24,000 bases of DNA from positions 268,007 to 292,006 of the forward strand of contig CAWFJC010000010.1 of assembly GCA_963815975.1 (NCBI GenBank). The letters run 5' to 3'. Under the pieces are notes generated by a model that saw only the letters and a list, made by a program, of their open reading frames with translations, made no database searches and was not told the origin of the DNA. The DNA is from an uncultured Actinomycetota bacterium (GTDB lineage: Bacteria > Actinomycetota > Actinomycetes > Propionibacteriales > Propionibacteriaceae). This document shows positions 23,108-24,000 of the stretch, piece by piece. How positions within the stretch are numbered: the stretch's first letter is position 1; the number at the start of each line of letters is the position of its first letter. Made by a program: the position numbers and the translations under genes.

Positions 23108-24000
23108 ATGACCACGACTCCGTCGTCTACACCACCTCGAGGCAGTACCGCTGAGCACGCCCGGCTGGCTCAGGCGACGGGACTTGCCGAAGACAATCTC
23201 TTCGAGTCGAACCCTTGGTACGAGTGGGGCCCCTACCTGTCTGAGCGTGCTTGGGGCACCGTGCGGGAGGACTACAGCGACAGCGGTGACGCCTGGGACT
23301 TCTTTCCTCACGATCATGCGCGATCACGCGCCTATCGATGGAACGAAGACGGTATGGCCGGTCTGTCGGACGTCCACCATGAGCTGTGTCTCGCGTTGGC
23401 GCTGTGGAACGGGGTCGACCCGATCTTGAAGGAGCGCATGTTCGGGCTCACCGGGCCGCAAGGAAATCACGGCGAGGATGTCAAGGAGTACTGGTGGTAT
23501 CTCGATGGGCTGCCTAGCCATGCTTGGCTGCGCTGGCGGTATCACTATCCGCAGGAGCCGTTTCCCTATCAGTGGTTGATCGACGAGAACGGCCGACGTT
23601 CCCGCGACGAGCCCGAGTTCGAGCTCATGGACACCGGGGTTTTTGATCATGGACGGTACTGGGCAGTCGATGTCGCGTACGCAAAAGCCTCACCTACCGA
23701 GGTGCTTGCCAAGATCACGATCAAGAATCATGCCTCCGAGGAGGCGACCCTCTCCGTGCTGCCCACGCTGTGGTTCCGCAACACCTGGCGGTTCACGGTG
23801 ACGGCGAGCCCCAGAGCTTGTTCCTGGACGGCGACGGCATTGCCGTTGATCATCCGCGGTTGTCCGGCTACCGACTGGAGGCCGCCGCCTACGGCGGACG
23901 GCATCCGTCCGCAGGCGTTGTTCTGTGACAACGAGACCAACTACCCGCGGCTGTTCGGTGCTGCCCCGATCACCGACTACCCGAAGGATGGGATCAACGA
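23108..24000 (+). CDS. GH63-like glucosidase (MGH1-like glycoside hydrolase), 5' part, continues beyond window end; internal compensated frame excursion
   Basis: Not in the ORF track because there is no stop within the window. ATG 23108 starts MTTTPSS...NPWYEWGPYLSERAWGTVREDYSDSGDAWDFFPHDHARSRAYRWNEDGMAG...GNHGEDVKEYWWYLDGLPSHAWLRWRYHYPQEPFPY...LPTLWFRNTW. Between ~23788 and ~23896 the protein-like reading (AVHGDGEPQSLFLDGDGIAVDHPRLSGYRLEAAAYG) sits in another frame. The original frame then resumes (DGIRPQALFCDNETNYPRLFG). Confidence 0.75.
   Translation, partial: MTTTPSSTPPRGSTAEHARLAQATGLAEDNLFESNPWYEWGPYLSERAWGTVREDYSDSGDAWDFFPHDHARSRAYRWNEDGMAGLSDVHHELCLALALWNGVDPILKERMFGLTGPQGNHGEDVKEYWWYLDGLPSHAWLRWRYHYPQEPFPYQWLIDENGRRSRDEPEFELMDTGVFDHGRYWAVDVAYAKASPTEVLAKITIKNHASEEATLSVLPTLWFRNTWRFTVTASPRACSWTATALPLIIRGCPATDWRPPPTADGIRPQALFCDNETNYPRLFGAAPITDYPKDGIN

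Noticed and set aside
1-24000. Search by eye for CRISPR arrays, tRNA/rRNA genes, IS terminal inverted repeats and integrase/att sites
   Set aside because: No spaced direct-repeat arrays were found. The only GGTT..GATCC-like stretch (~19331-19345) lacks the GGTTCGAATCC T-arm consensus, and I could not fold a cloverleaf around it. No transposase or integrase ORFs were found. The only mobile-element-like feature is the decayed DUF222/HNH gene.

Overview
High-GC window with GC3-rich, Actinomycetota-like codon usage. Positions ~805-15158 form a single-strand, translationally coupled [NiFe]-hydrogenase locus of the group 1h / Hhy type (actinobacterial, high-affinity, O2-tolerant). Gene order: hypA-hypB, hhyS-hhyL, a NifU/Rieske-like fusion, three conserved ORFs of unknown function, a 39-codon membrane-peptide ORF missing from the ORF track, the maturation endopeptidase, hypC, another conserved unknown ORF, hypF, a second hypC, hypD, hypE. 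Upstream and divergent is the 5' part of a UgtP/MGDG-synthase-like glycosyltransferase. The region from 15.3 to 24 kb is mixed accessory DNA. It holds two paralogous CPBP (CAAX/Abi) intramembrane proteases flanking a scrambled membrane-protein gene, an SGSG-repeat lipoprotein and two SAM methyltransferases. It also holds a DUF222/HNH (REP13E12-like) gene behind an SOS-box-like site, a tandem beta-sandwich-repeat protein, a small divergent ORF and the 5' part of a GH63-like glucosidase. The strongest signal beyond plain annotation is at least 17 single-nucleotide frame disruptions, placed by following protein-like sequence and GC3 between frames. None lie in the first 9 kb, 3 lie in hupD/hypF/hypE (9-15 kb) and 14 lie in 15.3-24 kb. 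Sequence alone cannot separate assembly indels from real gene decay. No rRNA, tRNA, CRISPR array or intact transposase was seen. DUF numbers and family names are from memory and need HMM or BLAST confirmation.
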